Positions 26,059 through 36,115 are shown, numbered from the stretch's first letter. The stretch is 64,000 bases of DNA from Candidatus Falkowbacteria bacterium HGW-Falkowbacteria-1 (GCA_002840305.1 PHAI01000001.1:29734-93733), one strand, 5' to 3'. Notes: generated from the letters alone by a model not told the origin. Numbers and translations are program-made.

Positions 26059-26412
26059 ATGCCAAGAGTAAAAAGAGGAGTGATGCACTCCAAGAGAAGA
26101 AAGAAATTGTTAAAACAAGTAAAAGGTTATAAATGGGGACGAAAAAATTTAATAAAACTAGCTCAAACAGCTCAGACTAAAGCTGGCGCTCATGCTTTCA
26201 TGGATCGTCGCAAGAAAAAGAGAACTAATAGAGCTTTGTGGCAAATAAAAATAAATGCTTTCGTTAGAGAATTCGGCTTGTCTTATTCAAGGTTTATGGA
26301 CGGTTTAAAGAAAAATAATATAGAAATAGATAGAAAAATATTAGCCGACTTAGCAGTTAATAATAAAAAAGTCTTAAGCAAGATAGTGGAAAAAGTTAAT
26401 GTAAAAAAATAA
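26059..26412 (+). CDS. rplT: 50S ribosomal protein L20
   Basis: MPRVKRGVMHSKRRKKLLKQVKGYKWGRKN...RALWQIKINA. Confidence 0.9.
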   Translation: MPRVKRGVMHSKRRKKLLKQVKGYKWGRKNLIKLAQTAQTKAGAHAFMDRRKKKRTNRALWQIKINAFVREFGLSYSRFMDGLKKNNIEIDRKILADLAVNNKKVLSKIVEKVNVKK

Positions 26413-26416
26413 TAAT

Positions 26417-26632
26417 ATGACCTGGATTAAAATAAGTCAATTAATAATCTCAATTCTTTTAATTGTTGTTATACTGCTTCAGAATAAAGGCGCCGCCCTG
26501 GGAGGGGTTTTTGGTGGTAGCGGAACGGTTTTTTTGACTAAACGAGGAATTGAAAAAAAACTATTTATTCTTACTATAATATTGGCAGTACTATTTTTTG
26601 CCAACTCGGTTGCAAATTTGCTTTTAAATTAA
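26417..26632 (+). CDS. secG: Preprotein translocase subunit SecG
   Basis: 71 aa, two TM segments. LLQNKGAALGGVFGGSG motif. Confidence 0.8.
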   Translation: MTWIKISQLIISILLIVVILLQNKGAALGGVFGGSGTVFLTKRGIEKKLFILTIILAVLFFANSVANLLLN

Positions 26633-26683
26633 TATTTTTTATTTTTAAAATTTATAAATAGGCAAATTATAAAAACTCTTATT

Positions 26684-28813
26684 GTGAATTTAACTAATAG
26701 AAGAAAATTTTTTAATCAATACTTAAAAGAAAGTAAAAACGGTTTTGTTTTTAAGCTTTTTTCTTTCTTTAAGAAGAAAAAAGGCTTGGGTATAAATGAG
26801 AATCTAGATGCTTATGATAGTTTAGATAAAAAACTTGTATATTCACTTTCCCCACATAAAACACCCAGTCTAAGACAGATAAAATATGTTAAGAAGGTTT
26901 TATCAAATAATGAAAAAATAATAATTTATACTTCATTATTTATTGTTTTTTTAGCTTTAATTTTTTTAGCAGTAAATTTTTATAGGAAAAATTTGGAGAT
27001 TGTCCCGGCTTACGGTGGTGAATATTCTGAGGCCATATTAGGTTCTCCTAAAAACATAAATCCTCTTTATGATATTGCTCGTGACGCTGACAAGGATATT
27101 AGTCGTTTAATTTTTTCCTCTTTGTTTAAAAGAGACAGTAATGGTTTATTAACAAAAGATTTGGTTAAAGATTATAGTGTTAGCGAAGATGCGAAGGAAT
27201 ACACTTTTGAAATAATACAGGGCGTTTTATGGCACCATGGAGAAAATTTGACGGTTGACGATATTGTCTTTACTTTTTCAGCTATTAAGAATCAAGAATA
27301 TGGATCACCACTTAGAAATTCTTTTGTTGGAGTAGAAATTGAGAAGATAGATGATTTTAACTTTAAATTTGTTTTATCTGAACCTTACGCCGCCTTTTTA
27401 GATTTATTAGTTTTTGGTATTATTCCACAAAATCTTTGGATGAATATTGATCCGAAGAACGCTCCATTGGCAGAATTAAATTTGGAACCGATAGGTTCTG
27501 GTCCTTACAAGTTTAAGTCTTTGACTAAAAACAAGTTAGGAGAAATAAAAGAAATGTCCTTTGTCGCAAACGAAGATTATTATGATAAGGTTCCTTATAT
27601 TAGTAATATAAATTTCAAATTTTTTTCTTATTTTAGTGAATTGACTGGAGCATTAAACAATAATTTGGTTGATGGGATAAGCTATTTGCCTCATAGCTCA
27701 AAGGACGATTTAATATCGCAAAATTCACTTAATTTTCATCAGCTCAATTTGCCCCAGATAGCCTCTTTGTTCTTTAATCAAAAGAGCAGCTCGTTTTTAG
27801 AAGACAAGAATATTAGGAAAGCCTTGGCTTTGTCTATAGACAAAAAAGCTTTAATAAATGATATTTTTTCTGGGAATGCTGGGTTGGCGTATGGTCCTAT
27901 TTTGCCTAATAGTTTCGCCTATAATAGTGAAATAGAGAAATATGATTATAACATTGAAGAGGCAAAGAGGTTGCTAGACGAGTCAAAGTGGCTAGAAGCT
28001 GAAATGACTGAAGACGATTTAGCAAAAATAAGAAATCTTATTTATTTGGAAAACAATAAGGTTGAAAAAATAGAATTAAACACAGAGCAAGAGGCTAGCG
28101 ACGTTGTTGAAATTGAAGATAATTCTCAGGCGGTGTTAGACTATGATCAAAAGCTATCCGAAGCCTCTGAATCAGTTAAAGAACTTGAAAATTGGGAGCT
28201 AAAGAAAAAAATAATAAGTGATTTGGACAAAGACAATTATGAATTATCTGGGAAGTGGAGATACAAGATTTCGAGCGATAAAGAAAAGAAGTATGATTAT
28301 TTGTTCGTAAAACTTACAACTGTTGATCTGTCAGATAATATTGATGTGGCTAATTTTATTAAGATTTCATGGGAATCAGTTGGCGTTAAAACTTCTATAA
28401 AGATAATTAATGCTGGTCAGATTCAAACTGAGATTATAAAAAATAAAAGTTTTGAAATTTTACTTTTGAGTCAGGTTGTTGGTAATGATCCAGATTCTTA
28501 TCTTTTTTGGCATTCATCTCAATCTGGTGAAAATGGTTTAAATATCACTTCTTATAGAAACAGAGACGCTGACAAGCTTTTGGAAGAAGCTAGAATGACT
28601 CTTAATCTTGATGAAAGGATTGAAAAATACAAAAAATTTCAGGAAATATTAAATAATGATTTACCGGCTATTTTTCTTTATTTTCCGACATATACTTATG
28701 TTCAAATTAAAGAAATAAAAGGTTTTGACGTGCTTGGAATCTCAGATCCAGCTGATAGGTTTAACAATATTTCCAATTGGTATATAAAAATTAAAAGAAA
28801 AGTCAATTTTTAG
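26684..28813 (+). CDS. ABC transporter substrate-binding protein, family 5 (peptide/nickel type), membrane-anchored
   Basis: GTG start, N-terminal TM segment, then YGGEYSEAILGSPKNINPLY and a family-5 SBP-like body. 709 aa with an acidic insert. Confidence 0.75.
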   Translation: MNLTNRRKFFNQYLKESKNGFVFKLFSFFKKKKGLGINENLDAYDSLDKKLVYSLSPHKTPSLRQIKYVKKVLSNNEKIIIYTSLFIVFLALIFLAVNFYRKNLEIVPAYGGEYSEAILGSPKNINPLYDIARDADKDISRLIFSSLFKRDSNGLLTKDLVKDYSVSEDAKEYTFEIIQGVLWHHGENLTVDDIVFTFSAIKNQEYGSPLRNSFVGVEIEKIDDFNFKFVLSEPYAAFLDLLVFGIIPQNLWMNIDPKNAPLAELNLEPIGSGPYKFKSLTKNKLGEIKEMSFVANEDYYDKVPYISNINFKFFSYFSELTGALNNNLVDGISYLPHSSKDDLISQNSLNFHQLNLPQIASLFFNQKSSSFLEDKNIRKALALSIDKKALINDIFSGNAGLAYGPILPNSFAYNSEIEKYDYNIEEAKRLLDESKWLEAEMTEDDLAKIRNLIYLENNKVEKIELNTEQEASDVVEIEDNSQAVLDYDQKLSEASESVKELENWELKKKIISDLDKDNYELSGKWRYKISSDKEKKYDYLFVKLTTVDLSDNIDVANFIKISWESVGVKTSIKIINAGQIQTEIIKNKSFEILLLSQVVGNDPDSYLFWHSSQSGENGLNITSYRNRDADKLLEEARMTLNLDERIEKYKKFQEILNNDLPAIFLYFPTYTYVQIKEIKGFDVLGISDPADRFNNISNWYIKIKRKVNF

Positions 28814-28955
28814 ATTTTTTTAAACCTCTTACATTTATAAAATTTCGCTTTAAGCGATATCTCAAAAATTAAATAACAATTATTTTTAAACTATTTTTTT
28901 ATTTTAGAATTTATTTTAAATAAAAGAACAAAATTCAAATAATTTTCAAAGTATT

Positions 28956-30911
28956 ATGATTAGAAAATACAAATCAAATGCAGTTTCTCAAAATTTAAAA
29001 AAAGAAACTGAAGTAAAAAGTGGTAGCGACAATGCTGTTTCTACTAAAACTCCTATTGTCAAAAAAGATTTTGCCAGGACAAAAGGATTTGCTCCCAGAG
29101 GTCATAGACCGGCGGGGCATAATAGAAACAACTCTTTTGGAGTTAGACGTCCATTTTCTTCCGCACCTAGAAACGAAGGAGCCGGATTTCAGTCTGTAGC
29201 CCCAAAAGATCTGAATGGTAAATTAAGGATTATGGCCTTGGGTGGATTAGAAGAGGTTGGTCGCAATATGATGTTGGTTGAATATGAAAAAGAAATCATC
29301 ATTATTGACATGGGTTTACAATTTCCAGAAGAAGATATGCCGGGGATAGATTATATTATTCCTAATGTTTCTTATCTAGAAGATAAGAAAGACTGGATTA
29401 AGGCCGTATTTATTACCCACGGTCATTATGACCATATTGGTGGGATACCCCATATTATGGGTAAAATAGGTAATCCTCCTATGTTTATGGGAAAAATGAC
29501 GGCTGGCTTAGTTAAAAAAAGGGCTGTTGAATTTAGAGACGCTCCAGTTTTGAAGATAAAAGAAATAAATGAAACTGACGTCATAAAGATATCTGATAAG
29601 CTTACAATTGAATTTTTTAGAGTGAATCATTCTATTCCGGATTGTTTTGCTGCTATAATAACGACTCCGATAGGAAAAATAGTTCATACGGGTGATTTCA
29701 AAATAGATTTTTCCCCAGTTAATGATAAGCCAGCAGATTTAAATCGTATTGCTCAAATAGGATCACAAGACATATTACTTTTAATGTCCGACTCAACTGA
29801 CGCTACTCATCCTGGCTATCAACTTTCGGAATCAGCAATTGGTGACGAGATGGGAAAGCTTTTTGATAAAATTACAGGCAGAATTATAATTGGAACCTTT
29901 GCTTCTCAGCTTAGTCGTGTTCAAAAAATATTTGATTTAGCAAATAAATATGGAAGAAGAATATCTCTTCAGGGTAGAAGCATGAATGAAAACGTGGAGG
30001 TGGCCCATCAGATTGGATATTTAAAATTTGACCCAAAAATTTTAGTTGAGGACAGAGATTTAAATAGAATAAGAGATGATAAAATTATTATTATTGGAAC
30101 AGGAGCGCAGGGAGAAAGCAATGCTTTTCTGTCTCGCGTAGTAAATGCCGAGCATCGAGTCGTGAGTCTGAAGCAAGGAGATACTGTTATTTTCTCGTCT
30201 TCGGTTATACCTGGTAACGAAAGAAGTATACAAAATTTAATGGATATGGTTGTCAGACAAGGCGCAAAGATTATTCATTACAAGATGATGGACATACATG
30301 CCGGAGGACATGCCAAGCAGGAAGATTTAAAGCTAATGATGCGCTTGGTAAAACCAAGATATTTTATGCCCATAGAAGCCAATCATTATATGCTACAGGC
30401 TCATGCCGAGCTAGCCGAACAAATAGGTATAAAGCGTGAAAACATTTTTGTTGCTGATAATGGGCAAGTATTGGAATTTAAGAAAGGTGAGAAAATTGTT
30501 GATGGCAAAAGATATGATGTCTTAGGAACTTTAACCAAGGAGAAAGTCCCAACTGATTATGTTATGGTGGATGGCCTGGGCGTTGGTGATGTTTCTAGCA
30601 TAGTGCTTCGCGATAGACGCGTTATGTCTGAGGATGGCATGATAGTAGTGATAGCTACTATTGATGGCCGAACAGGAGCTTTGATTGGCAGCCCGGATCT
30701 TATTTCTCGCGGTTTTATATATATGAAAGAAAATCGTGATTTAATAGAGAAGACTAGAGAAAAAGTAAAAAAAATAGTTAGAGATCAAAACTCAGAAACT
30801 CCAGCCGATGATGATTATATAAAAAATAAAATTAGAAATGAAATAGGCAGTTTTCTATTTGGTGCCACCAAGAGAAGACCAATGGTTTTACCGGTAGTAA
30901 TAAAGGTTTAG
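28956..30911 (+). CDS. rnj: Ribonuclease J
   Basis: Metallo-beta-lactamase THGHYDHIGG; beta-CASP region; C-terminal domain. It also has a ~90-aa basic N-terminal extension. Confidence 0.9.
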   Translation: MIRKYKSNAVSQNLKKETEVKSGSDNAVSTKTPIVKKDFARTKGFAPRGHRPAGHNRNNSFGVRRPFSSAPRNEGAGFQSVAPKDLNGKLRIMALGGLEEVGRNMMLVEYEKEIIIIDMGLQFPEEDMPGIDYIIPNVSYLEDKKDWIKAVFITHGHYDHIGGIPHIMGKIGNPPMFMGKMTAGLVKKRAVEFRDAPVLKIKEINETDVIKISDKLTIEFFRVNHSIPDCFAAIITTPIGKIVHTGDFKIDFSPVNDKPADLNRIAQIGSQDILLLMSDSTDATHPGYQLSESAIGDEMGKLFDKITGRIIIGTFASQLSRVQKIFDLANKYGRRISLQGRSMNENVEVAHQIGYLKFDPKILVEDRDLNRIRDDKIIIIGTGAQGESNAFLSRVVNAEHRVVSLKQGDTVIFSSSVIPGNERSIQNLMDMVVRQGAKIIHYKMMDIHAGGHAKQEDLKLMMRLVKPRYFMPIEANHYMLQAHAELAEQIGIKRENIFVADNGQVLEFKKGEKIVDGKRYDVLGTLTKEKVPTDYVMVDGLGVGDVSSIVLRDRRVMSEDGMIVVIATIDGRTGALIGSPDLISRGFIYMKENRDLIEKTREKVKKIVRDQNSETPADDDYIKNKIRNEIGSFLFGATKRRPMVLPVVIKV

Positions 30912-30937
30912 TTTATCTGCAAAAATAATATTTTTTT

Positions 30938-30969
30938 CAAGACCCTAAATAGGGTCTTGACTTTTTTTG
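30938..30969 (+). terminator. Rho-independent terminator of rnj
   Basis: TCAAGACCCT-aaat-AGGGTCTTGA (10 bp) followed by a T-run. Confidence 0.85.
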
Positions 30970-31006
30970 TTTTTACTGCTAATGTTTTTAGTTAAGAAAA
31001 AAGTAA

Positions 31007-31270
31007 ATGATAGTGAACAAAAATTTCTGTATTTCAGAGTCTATTCTTCTTTTGAAGTCGATAGACTATTTAAAAGAAAGGATTGATTTAAGAGCGGCTC
31101 AAGGAGAAAAAGGATTGTCAGAAGGAATAATATTCTATGATGATATTTTTGCTTCCGAATTTCTCGATTATTTCGTTAAATTAGAAAAAGGCGAAAAAAT
31201 AGAAAGCTCGGCGCCAGTCTCTTCTTTCGATTGTCAGAATCAAGGCCTAAAGGCCTGGTTCAAAAATTAA
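31007..31270 (+). CDS. Hypothetical protein (87 aa)
   Basis: ORF bracketed by two terminators. No motif recognised. Confidence 0.4.
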   Translation: MIVNKNFCISESILLLKSIDYLKERIDLRAAQGEKGLSEGIIFYDDIFASEFLDYFVKLEKGEKIESSAPVSSFDCQNQGLKAWFKN

Positions 31271-31273
31271 GTC

Positions 31274-31304
31274 AACGCCCCTGTTACGACATGGGCGTTT
31301 TTTA
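31274..31304 (+). terminator. Rho-independent terminator
   Basis: AACGCCC-ctgttacgacat-GGGCGTT followed by TTTT. Confidence 0.7.
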
Positions 31305-31379
31305 TAATGTTCTCACTGTTTTCTTGTTTTTAAAAATATGTCCATATTTTAACCTTGTAAATTAGGCATAAAGCAAACA

Positions 31380-31408
31380 TTGACTAAACTTATTTTTTAT
31401 GCTACAAT
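31380..31408 (+). promoter_or_regulatory. Near-consensus promoter with extended -10
   Basis: TTGACT (31380-31385), 17-nt spacer ending in TGC, TACAAT (31403-31408). Confidence 0.65.
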
Positions 31409-31495
31409 ATAAGTGTAAGATATTTGTTTTATTTTTTTTAAAAACTAATTAGATAATTTACCATATTCATTTTTGGCTAATTATCTTTAAAAAAT

Positions 31496-32041
31496 ATGAA
31501 TTTTGAAACAAAGACAAACAATAACGAAGAAATTGATGTTTTGGAAAATAAAGAAAGCGAAAGTGGTCAAGAAAACAAAGGCGACAAAGAAGCTTATCTT
31601 CGAGCCGCAGAAAAAGCTAAGGAAGATTTAGAGATGGCGAAAGAGGGAGACAAGGCTTTAGCTGGTGAAGAAGTAGAAAAAGCTAGAAAATCTATTTTTG
31701 AAAAAATAGCAGGAGCTTTTAAGGGAAAAGAGAAGAGCGAAGAGGAAAAATATGAGAATGAAATGAAAAGTTTCGAAAAGCTAATAAAAAGCTTAACTCA
31801 CGTATCGAGCTCTACTTTAGAATTGGGAGCAAGTTTTAGCGGAGGAATTGATTTCGATGCCGTTAAAAGTCCAGAGTTAAGAAGTAAGTTGGATGAAATA
31901 ATTGATCTTAACAAAAAAATAGCTAAAACAGATAAGGGCCAAGAGAAGGTTGATTTGCTTTATAAGAAAAAAGAATTGATTCAACGCTTAGCTAGAACTG
32001 GAAGAACAGAACTTAAAAATAAATATAACATAGCAGCTTAA
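31496..32041 (+). CDS. Hypothetical charged/coiled-coil protein (181 aa)
   Basis: K/E-rich ORF with its own promoter and terminator. No family recognised. Confidence 0.5.
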   Translation: MNFETKTNNNEEIDVLENKESESGQENKGDKEAYLRAAEKAKEDLEMAKEGDKALAGEEVEKARKSIFEKIAGAFKGKEKSEEEKYENEMKSFEKLIKSLTHVSSSTLELGASFSGGIDFDAVKSPELRSKLDEIIDLNKKIAKTDKGQEKVDLLYKKKELIQRLARTGRTELKNKYNIAA

Positions 32042-32050
32042 ATTAAGAAC

Positions 32051-32087
32051 AAAAAAAGAGGAGCACGATTCGTGCTCCTCTTTTTTT
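32051..32087. terminator. Bidirectional terminator between convergent genes
   Basis: aaaaaaAGAGGAGCACG-att-CGTGCTCCTCTtttttt. Confidence 0.85.
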
Positions 32088-32100
32088 GTTGTGTGTAATT

Positions 32101-32958
32101 TTACACTTTTTTTATTTTAGAAATTTGTATTCCTACAAAAATTCCAGCTATAACTAGTAATAAAATAATAATAAAACTTCTATCTATCTCTATATTTGTT
32201 ATTTTTCCAAAAGGCCAAATTTTTCGAAGGGCCCCGGACATAAAACCAATTAAAATGGCCATGGATTGTTCTTTGTATTTTTTAAATAAAAAGTCTAGCA
32301 ACTTAATGAAAGAAGCTAGGCCGAATATACAACCAAGGGCGAAAACAAGTAAGTATACCAAATTACCACTAATAAAAGGATTTTTTAGAACTGAAATCAT
32401 AAACTCATATTTTCCCAAGATTAGTAGAATAAAAGATCCACTTATTCCCGGCAAAATCATAGCGCAGATAGCCAAAATTCCACTTATAAAGATGTTTAAA
32501 TAAGTGTTGGCTGAATTAATTGAGTTGGAACCAGATATAATCCAAGCTAAAATAAAGCCAGGGATTAGAAACAGAGAGTTTTTAGCTCTGTAGAATTTTT
32601 TTGGCAATATTATAAAAATAGAGGCTATTATTAAACCGAAAAAAAATCCATATAAATAGGAGCTATGATTTTGGAGCAGATAGGAGATAACTTTGGCTAA
32701 ACCGATTATTGCTATAATTATTCCCGAGAACAAAGGAAGCAGAAAGCCTAGATTAATTTTAGAAAACGCTTCTTTAATCTTTAGGTTTAGCAGTAGTTTT
32801 AGAAAGCCAAGGTTTATAGCCTTTAATTCTTTTATTAGTTTTTCGTATATTCCCAAAATTAAGGCCATTGTTCCACCTGATATTCCGGGTATAATGTCAA
32901 CCGAGCCCATGGCGAATCCTTTAAAAAAATATATTAATTTTGTTTTTATTTTTTTCAT
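32101..32958 (-). CDS. DUF368 family membrane protein (family linked to undecaprenyl-phosphate translocation)
   Basis: Duplicated motifs IPGISGGTMALILGIYEKL and LPGISGSFILLILGKYE. Start set at ATG 32958 because a TGCTATAAT -10 lies inside the longer track ORF (to 32994). Confidence 0.8.
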   Translation of the reverse strand: MKKIKTKLIYFFKGFAMGSVDIIPGISGGTMALILGIYEKLIKELKAINLGFLKLLLNLKIKEAFSKINLGFLLPLFSGIIIAIIGLAKVISYLLQNHSSYLYGFFFGLIIASIFIILPKKFYRAKNSLFLIPGFILAWIISGSNSINSANTYLNIFISGILAICAMILPGISGSFILLILGKYEFMISVLKNPFISGNLVYLLVFALGCIFGLASFIKLLDFLFKKYKEQSMAILIGFMSGALRKIWPFGKITNIEIDRSFIIILLLVIAGIFVGIQISKIKKV

Positions 32959-32964
32959 GTTTTT

Positions 32965-32994
32965 ATTATAGCATATAAACAATTTACTTGTCAT
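32965..32994 (-). promoter_or_regulatory. Promoter giving a probable leaderless DUF368 mRNA
   Basis: On the minus strand: ATGACA, 18 nt, TGC-TATAAT, then aaaaac, then ATG (32958). Confidence 0.5.
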
Positions 32995-33097
32995 TTCTGG
33001 TGGAGTTCGTTACTACGAGAAAGAAGCGGGAACGGTAAGGCGATTTTGTTTGTTTTAAGCTAAAAAATAATATATAATAGTAATAAGATGTAAGATT

Positions 33098-36097
33098 ATG
33101 AATAACAAAAAAAACATTCAAAATGATTTAAAATTCTTTAAAGAAGATTTAAAAAAGCTCAACAAAGAACAATTGTCGGCCGTGAAGCATGAAGATGGCC
33201 CTCTTTTGGTTGTGGCTGGCGCCGGAACTGGTAAAACTACTGTTTTGATAAATCGCTTGGCCTATTTAGTTATGGAAAAGGGAATAAAAACTGATGAAAT
33301 TTTTTTAGCCACATTTACCGAAAAAGCGGCCAATGAGATGATAGAAAGAGCTGATAAAATTTTACCATACGGTTATGTTGATTTATGGATAAACACTTTT
33401 CACGGCTTTGGGGAAAGAATTTTAAGGGAAAACGCCCTAGAAATAGGTCTTAGCCCTGATTTTAAGTTATTAGACGAAACCGCACAATGGGTTTTTATCA
33501 AAAAAAATCTAAATTTATTTAATTTGAGCTATTATGCTCCAGTTGGCAATCCTAATAAATTTATTAAAGAACTATTAAATCATTTTTCTCGTTTAAAAGA
33601 TGAAAATATTTTACCCGAAGATTATTTGAGATACTACAAAAAAATAGAAAAAAAATATGATGATAAAAAAGAGACACCTTCGGATATTGGAGACGAATTG
33701 AATCTTGAAAAAATAAAGGAACTGGCTGAAGCTTTTATTGTTTATAATAATCTGTTGATTAAAAATAATTATTTGGATTTTGCTGATTTGATAAATTACA
33801 CTATAAAGTTATTTAAGACTAGGCCAAATATTTTGAAAATTTATCAAGACAAATTTAAATATTTAATGCTTGATGAATTTCAAGATACTAATTTTTCTCA
33901 GTATGAGTTAGTCAAAATTTTATCCAGTAAGAATAATAATTTAATGGTCGTAGGAGATGATGATCAGTCGATATATAAGTTTCGAGGAGCTTCGATTTCT
34001 AATATTATGCAATTTAAAGATGATTACCCGTCGGCCAAGGAGGTGGTCTTAAGTAAAAATTATCGTTCCCAGCAAGAAATATTAGATTTGGCTTATAAAT
34101 TTATTTCCAATAACAACCCAAATCGCTTGGAGATAAAATTAAATATTAATAAGAAATTAAAATCTTTCGTGAATTTTGATAATTTACTTGGACGGATTAT
34201 TTCCGCTGATAGTTTCTTGAACGAATCAGATGAAATGAGTTCCGTTAGTTCAAAAATAATAGAAATTTACCGAAGTGATCCGGAGTGTAATTGGATGGAT
34301 TTTGCTATTTTGACTAGAAGCAACGACTCAGCTGATAAATATTCCAAGGAGCTTAGTCGCCTAAGCATTCCTAACCATTTTGTTTCTTTGAAGGGCCTTT
34401 ATTATAAGTCAATAATCTTAGATATTGTTTCTTATTTTCGTCTACTTGATGATTATCGTGAATCTTCGGCCTTGTTTAGAGTTTTAAATATGGAAGAGTT
34501 TAAAATTACTCACACTGATTTACAAAATATAAGTAGCGAGTCAAAAAAGAAATATTGGTCTTTGTTTGAAGGTTTACAAAACGCCGACAAGATAAAGGGT
34601 GTAAGCTCCGAATCTCTGCCCAAAATAAATAAACTATTAAACTTAATAAATGTTCACAGCCCGCTTGCTAGAGACAAAAAGCCAAGTCACGTATTTGTTA
34701 AATTTATTTATGACAGCGAAATTTTGAAAAACTTAAATCATGAAAAAGACAAAGAAATTTTTTCATATATTAATCAGTTTTATCAAAAGATAAAAAAATT
34801 TGAAGAAGATGACGAGAATTTGAGATTAAAAGATTTTATTGAATTACTTGATTTTGAATTGGAGGCTGGTGATTTTGGGCGATTAAAAAATGACTTTGTT
34901 GATGTAGACACTGTTAAAGTTATGACCGTTCATGCTGCCAAGGGATTGGAGTTTAAACATGTTTTTCTGGTTGATTTGGTTGAACGTAGATTTCCTAGTG
35001 ATAATAGAAGTGATAAAATAAGCCTACCGCTTGAGTTAATGAAAGAAAAGGTGGTCGATTCTGTTGATTTTCATATTGAAGAAGAGAGGCGTCTTTTCTA
35101 TGTCGCATTAACTAGAGCCAAAGAAAGTATTCATTTGAGTTGTGCCAAAGATTATGGTGGAGCTCGTGAAAAGAGGCCGTCAGTTTTTTTCAAGGAGGCG
35201 GGATTAGAAATTAAAGCAGCAGAAAAAATAAACTTCGATGATTTAGAGTTTTTTAAAGATTTAAGAATTTTAAATGAGCAGAATTCTGGAGAATTTTTAT
35301 TAAAAAAAGAAGAATTAAAATTGCCAAATTATTTTTCCTTTTCTCAATTTGCTTCTTTTTCTAAATGTCCGCTACAGTATAAGTATGCTCATTTATTGAA
35401 AGTGCCGGTATCAGAAGAAAAATATAATTTAACATTTGGAAAGGTTATACATAATTGTTTGTATCAATTCTTGTTACCGATTCTTCAGGGAGAAAATAAA
35501 ATGCAGTCAAAGCTTTTTTCTTCTAATGATGAGAGTAAAGAGACAATTAGTAAGGACAGGATTTTATCTTTGTATAAGGAATTATGGCAGAACGATGGTT
35601 ATCAGAACATTGAAACTAGAGATGATTATTATCGAAAAGGGGAGAAACTATTAGTTGATTTTTATGAAGCTTTAAAGACTGATAAATTGCCTAGTGTTTA
35701 TTTTTTAGAAAAAGATCTTCGTTTTAAATTTAAAAACAATACCATAATTGGTCGCATTGATCGTATAGATAAGTTGGAGAATGGTAAATTTGAAATAATA
35801 GACTATAAGACTGGGAATGGCAAGGAAAAACTAACCGCAGACGATAAAAAACAATTAATCTTATATAAAATAATGATTGAAAGTGTTTTGGATATTGAAG
35901 TTGAAAGAATGACTTATTATTATCTCGAAACTAGTAATAAGCTTAGTTTCAGCGCTAAAGAAAAAGAGGTTGAAGCGACAATTGAATGGCTAGCCAGTAA
36001 TATTTCAGAAATAAGTAAAAAAGAATTTTCGCCCAATCCTTCGTCCTTCAATTGTTCTTTTTGTGATTTTAAGGGCATTTGTGAATTTAGACAGTAG
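33098..36097 (+). CDS. UvrD/PcrA/AddA-type helicase fused to a PD-(D/E)XK nuclease with Cas4/AddB-like Cys cluster
   Basis: AGAGTGKTT, DEFQDTN and VMTVHAAKGLEF. C-terminus has C-PLQYKY ... IDRID...EIIDYKTG ... CSFCDFKGIC. Confidence 0.85.
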   Translation: MNNKKNIQNDLKFFKEDLKKLNKEQLSAVKHEDGPLLVVAGAGTGKTTVLINRLAYLVMEKGIKTDEIFLATFTEKAANEMIERADKILPYGYVDLWINTFHGFGERILRENALEIGLSPDFKLLDETAQWVFIKKNLNLFNLSYYAPVGNPNKFIKELLNHFSRLKDENILPEDYLRYYKKIEKKYDDKKETPSDIGDELNLEKIKELAEAFIVYNNLLIKNNYLDFADLINYTIKLFKTRPNILKIYQDKFKYLMLDEFQDTNFSQYELVKILSSKNNNLMVVGDDDQSIYKFRGASISNIMQFKDDYPSAKEVVLSKNYRSQQEILDLAYKFISNNNPNRLEIKLNINKKLKSFVNFDNLLGRIISADSFLNESDEMSSVSSKIIEIYRSDPECNWMDFAILTRSNDSADKYSKELSRLSIPNHFVSLKGLYYKSIILDIVSYFRLLDDYRESSALFRVLNMEEFKITHTDLQNISSESKKKYWSLFEGLQNADKIKGVSSESLPKINKLLNLINVHSPLARDKKPSHVFVKFIYDSEILKNLNHEKDKEIFSYINQFYQKIKKFEEDDENLRLKDFIELLDFELEAGDFGRLKNDFVDVDTVKVMTVHAAKGLEFKHVFLVDLVERRFPSDNRSDKISLPLELMKEKVVDSVDFHIEEERRLFYVALTRAKESIHLSCAKDYGGAREKRPSVFFKEAGLEIKAAEKINFDDLEFFKDLRILNEQNSGEFLLKKEELKLPNYFSFSQFASFSKCPLQYKYAHLLKVPVSEEKYNLTFGKVIHNCLYQFLLPILQGENKMQSKLFSSNDESKETISKDRILSLYKELWQNDGYQNIETRDDYYRKGEKLLVDFYEALKTDKLPSVYFLEKDLRFKFKNNTIIGRIDRIDKLENGKFEIIDYKTGNGKEKLTADDKKQLILYKIMIESVLDIEVERMTYYYLETSNKLSFSAKEKEVEATIEWLASNISEISKKEFSPNPSSFNCSFCDFKGICEFRQ

Positions 36098-36115
36098 TTT
36101 TTATTATTAAAACAT

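Noticed and set aside
32995-33060. A GC-richer spacer (ctggtggagttcgttactacgagaaagaagcgggaacggtaaggcg) between the DUF368 and helicase genes, considered as a riboswitch or sRNA.
   Set aside because: I could find no convincing helices and no resemblance to any riboswitch core I know. It is left unassigned.
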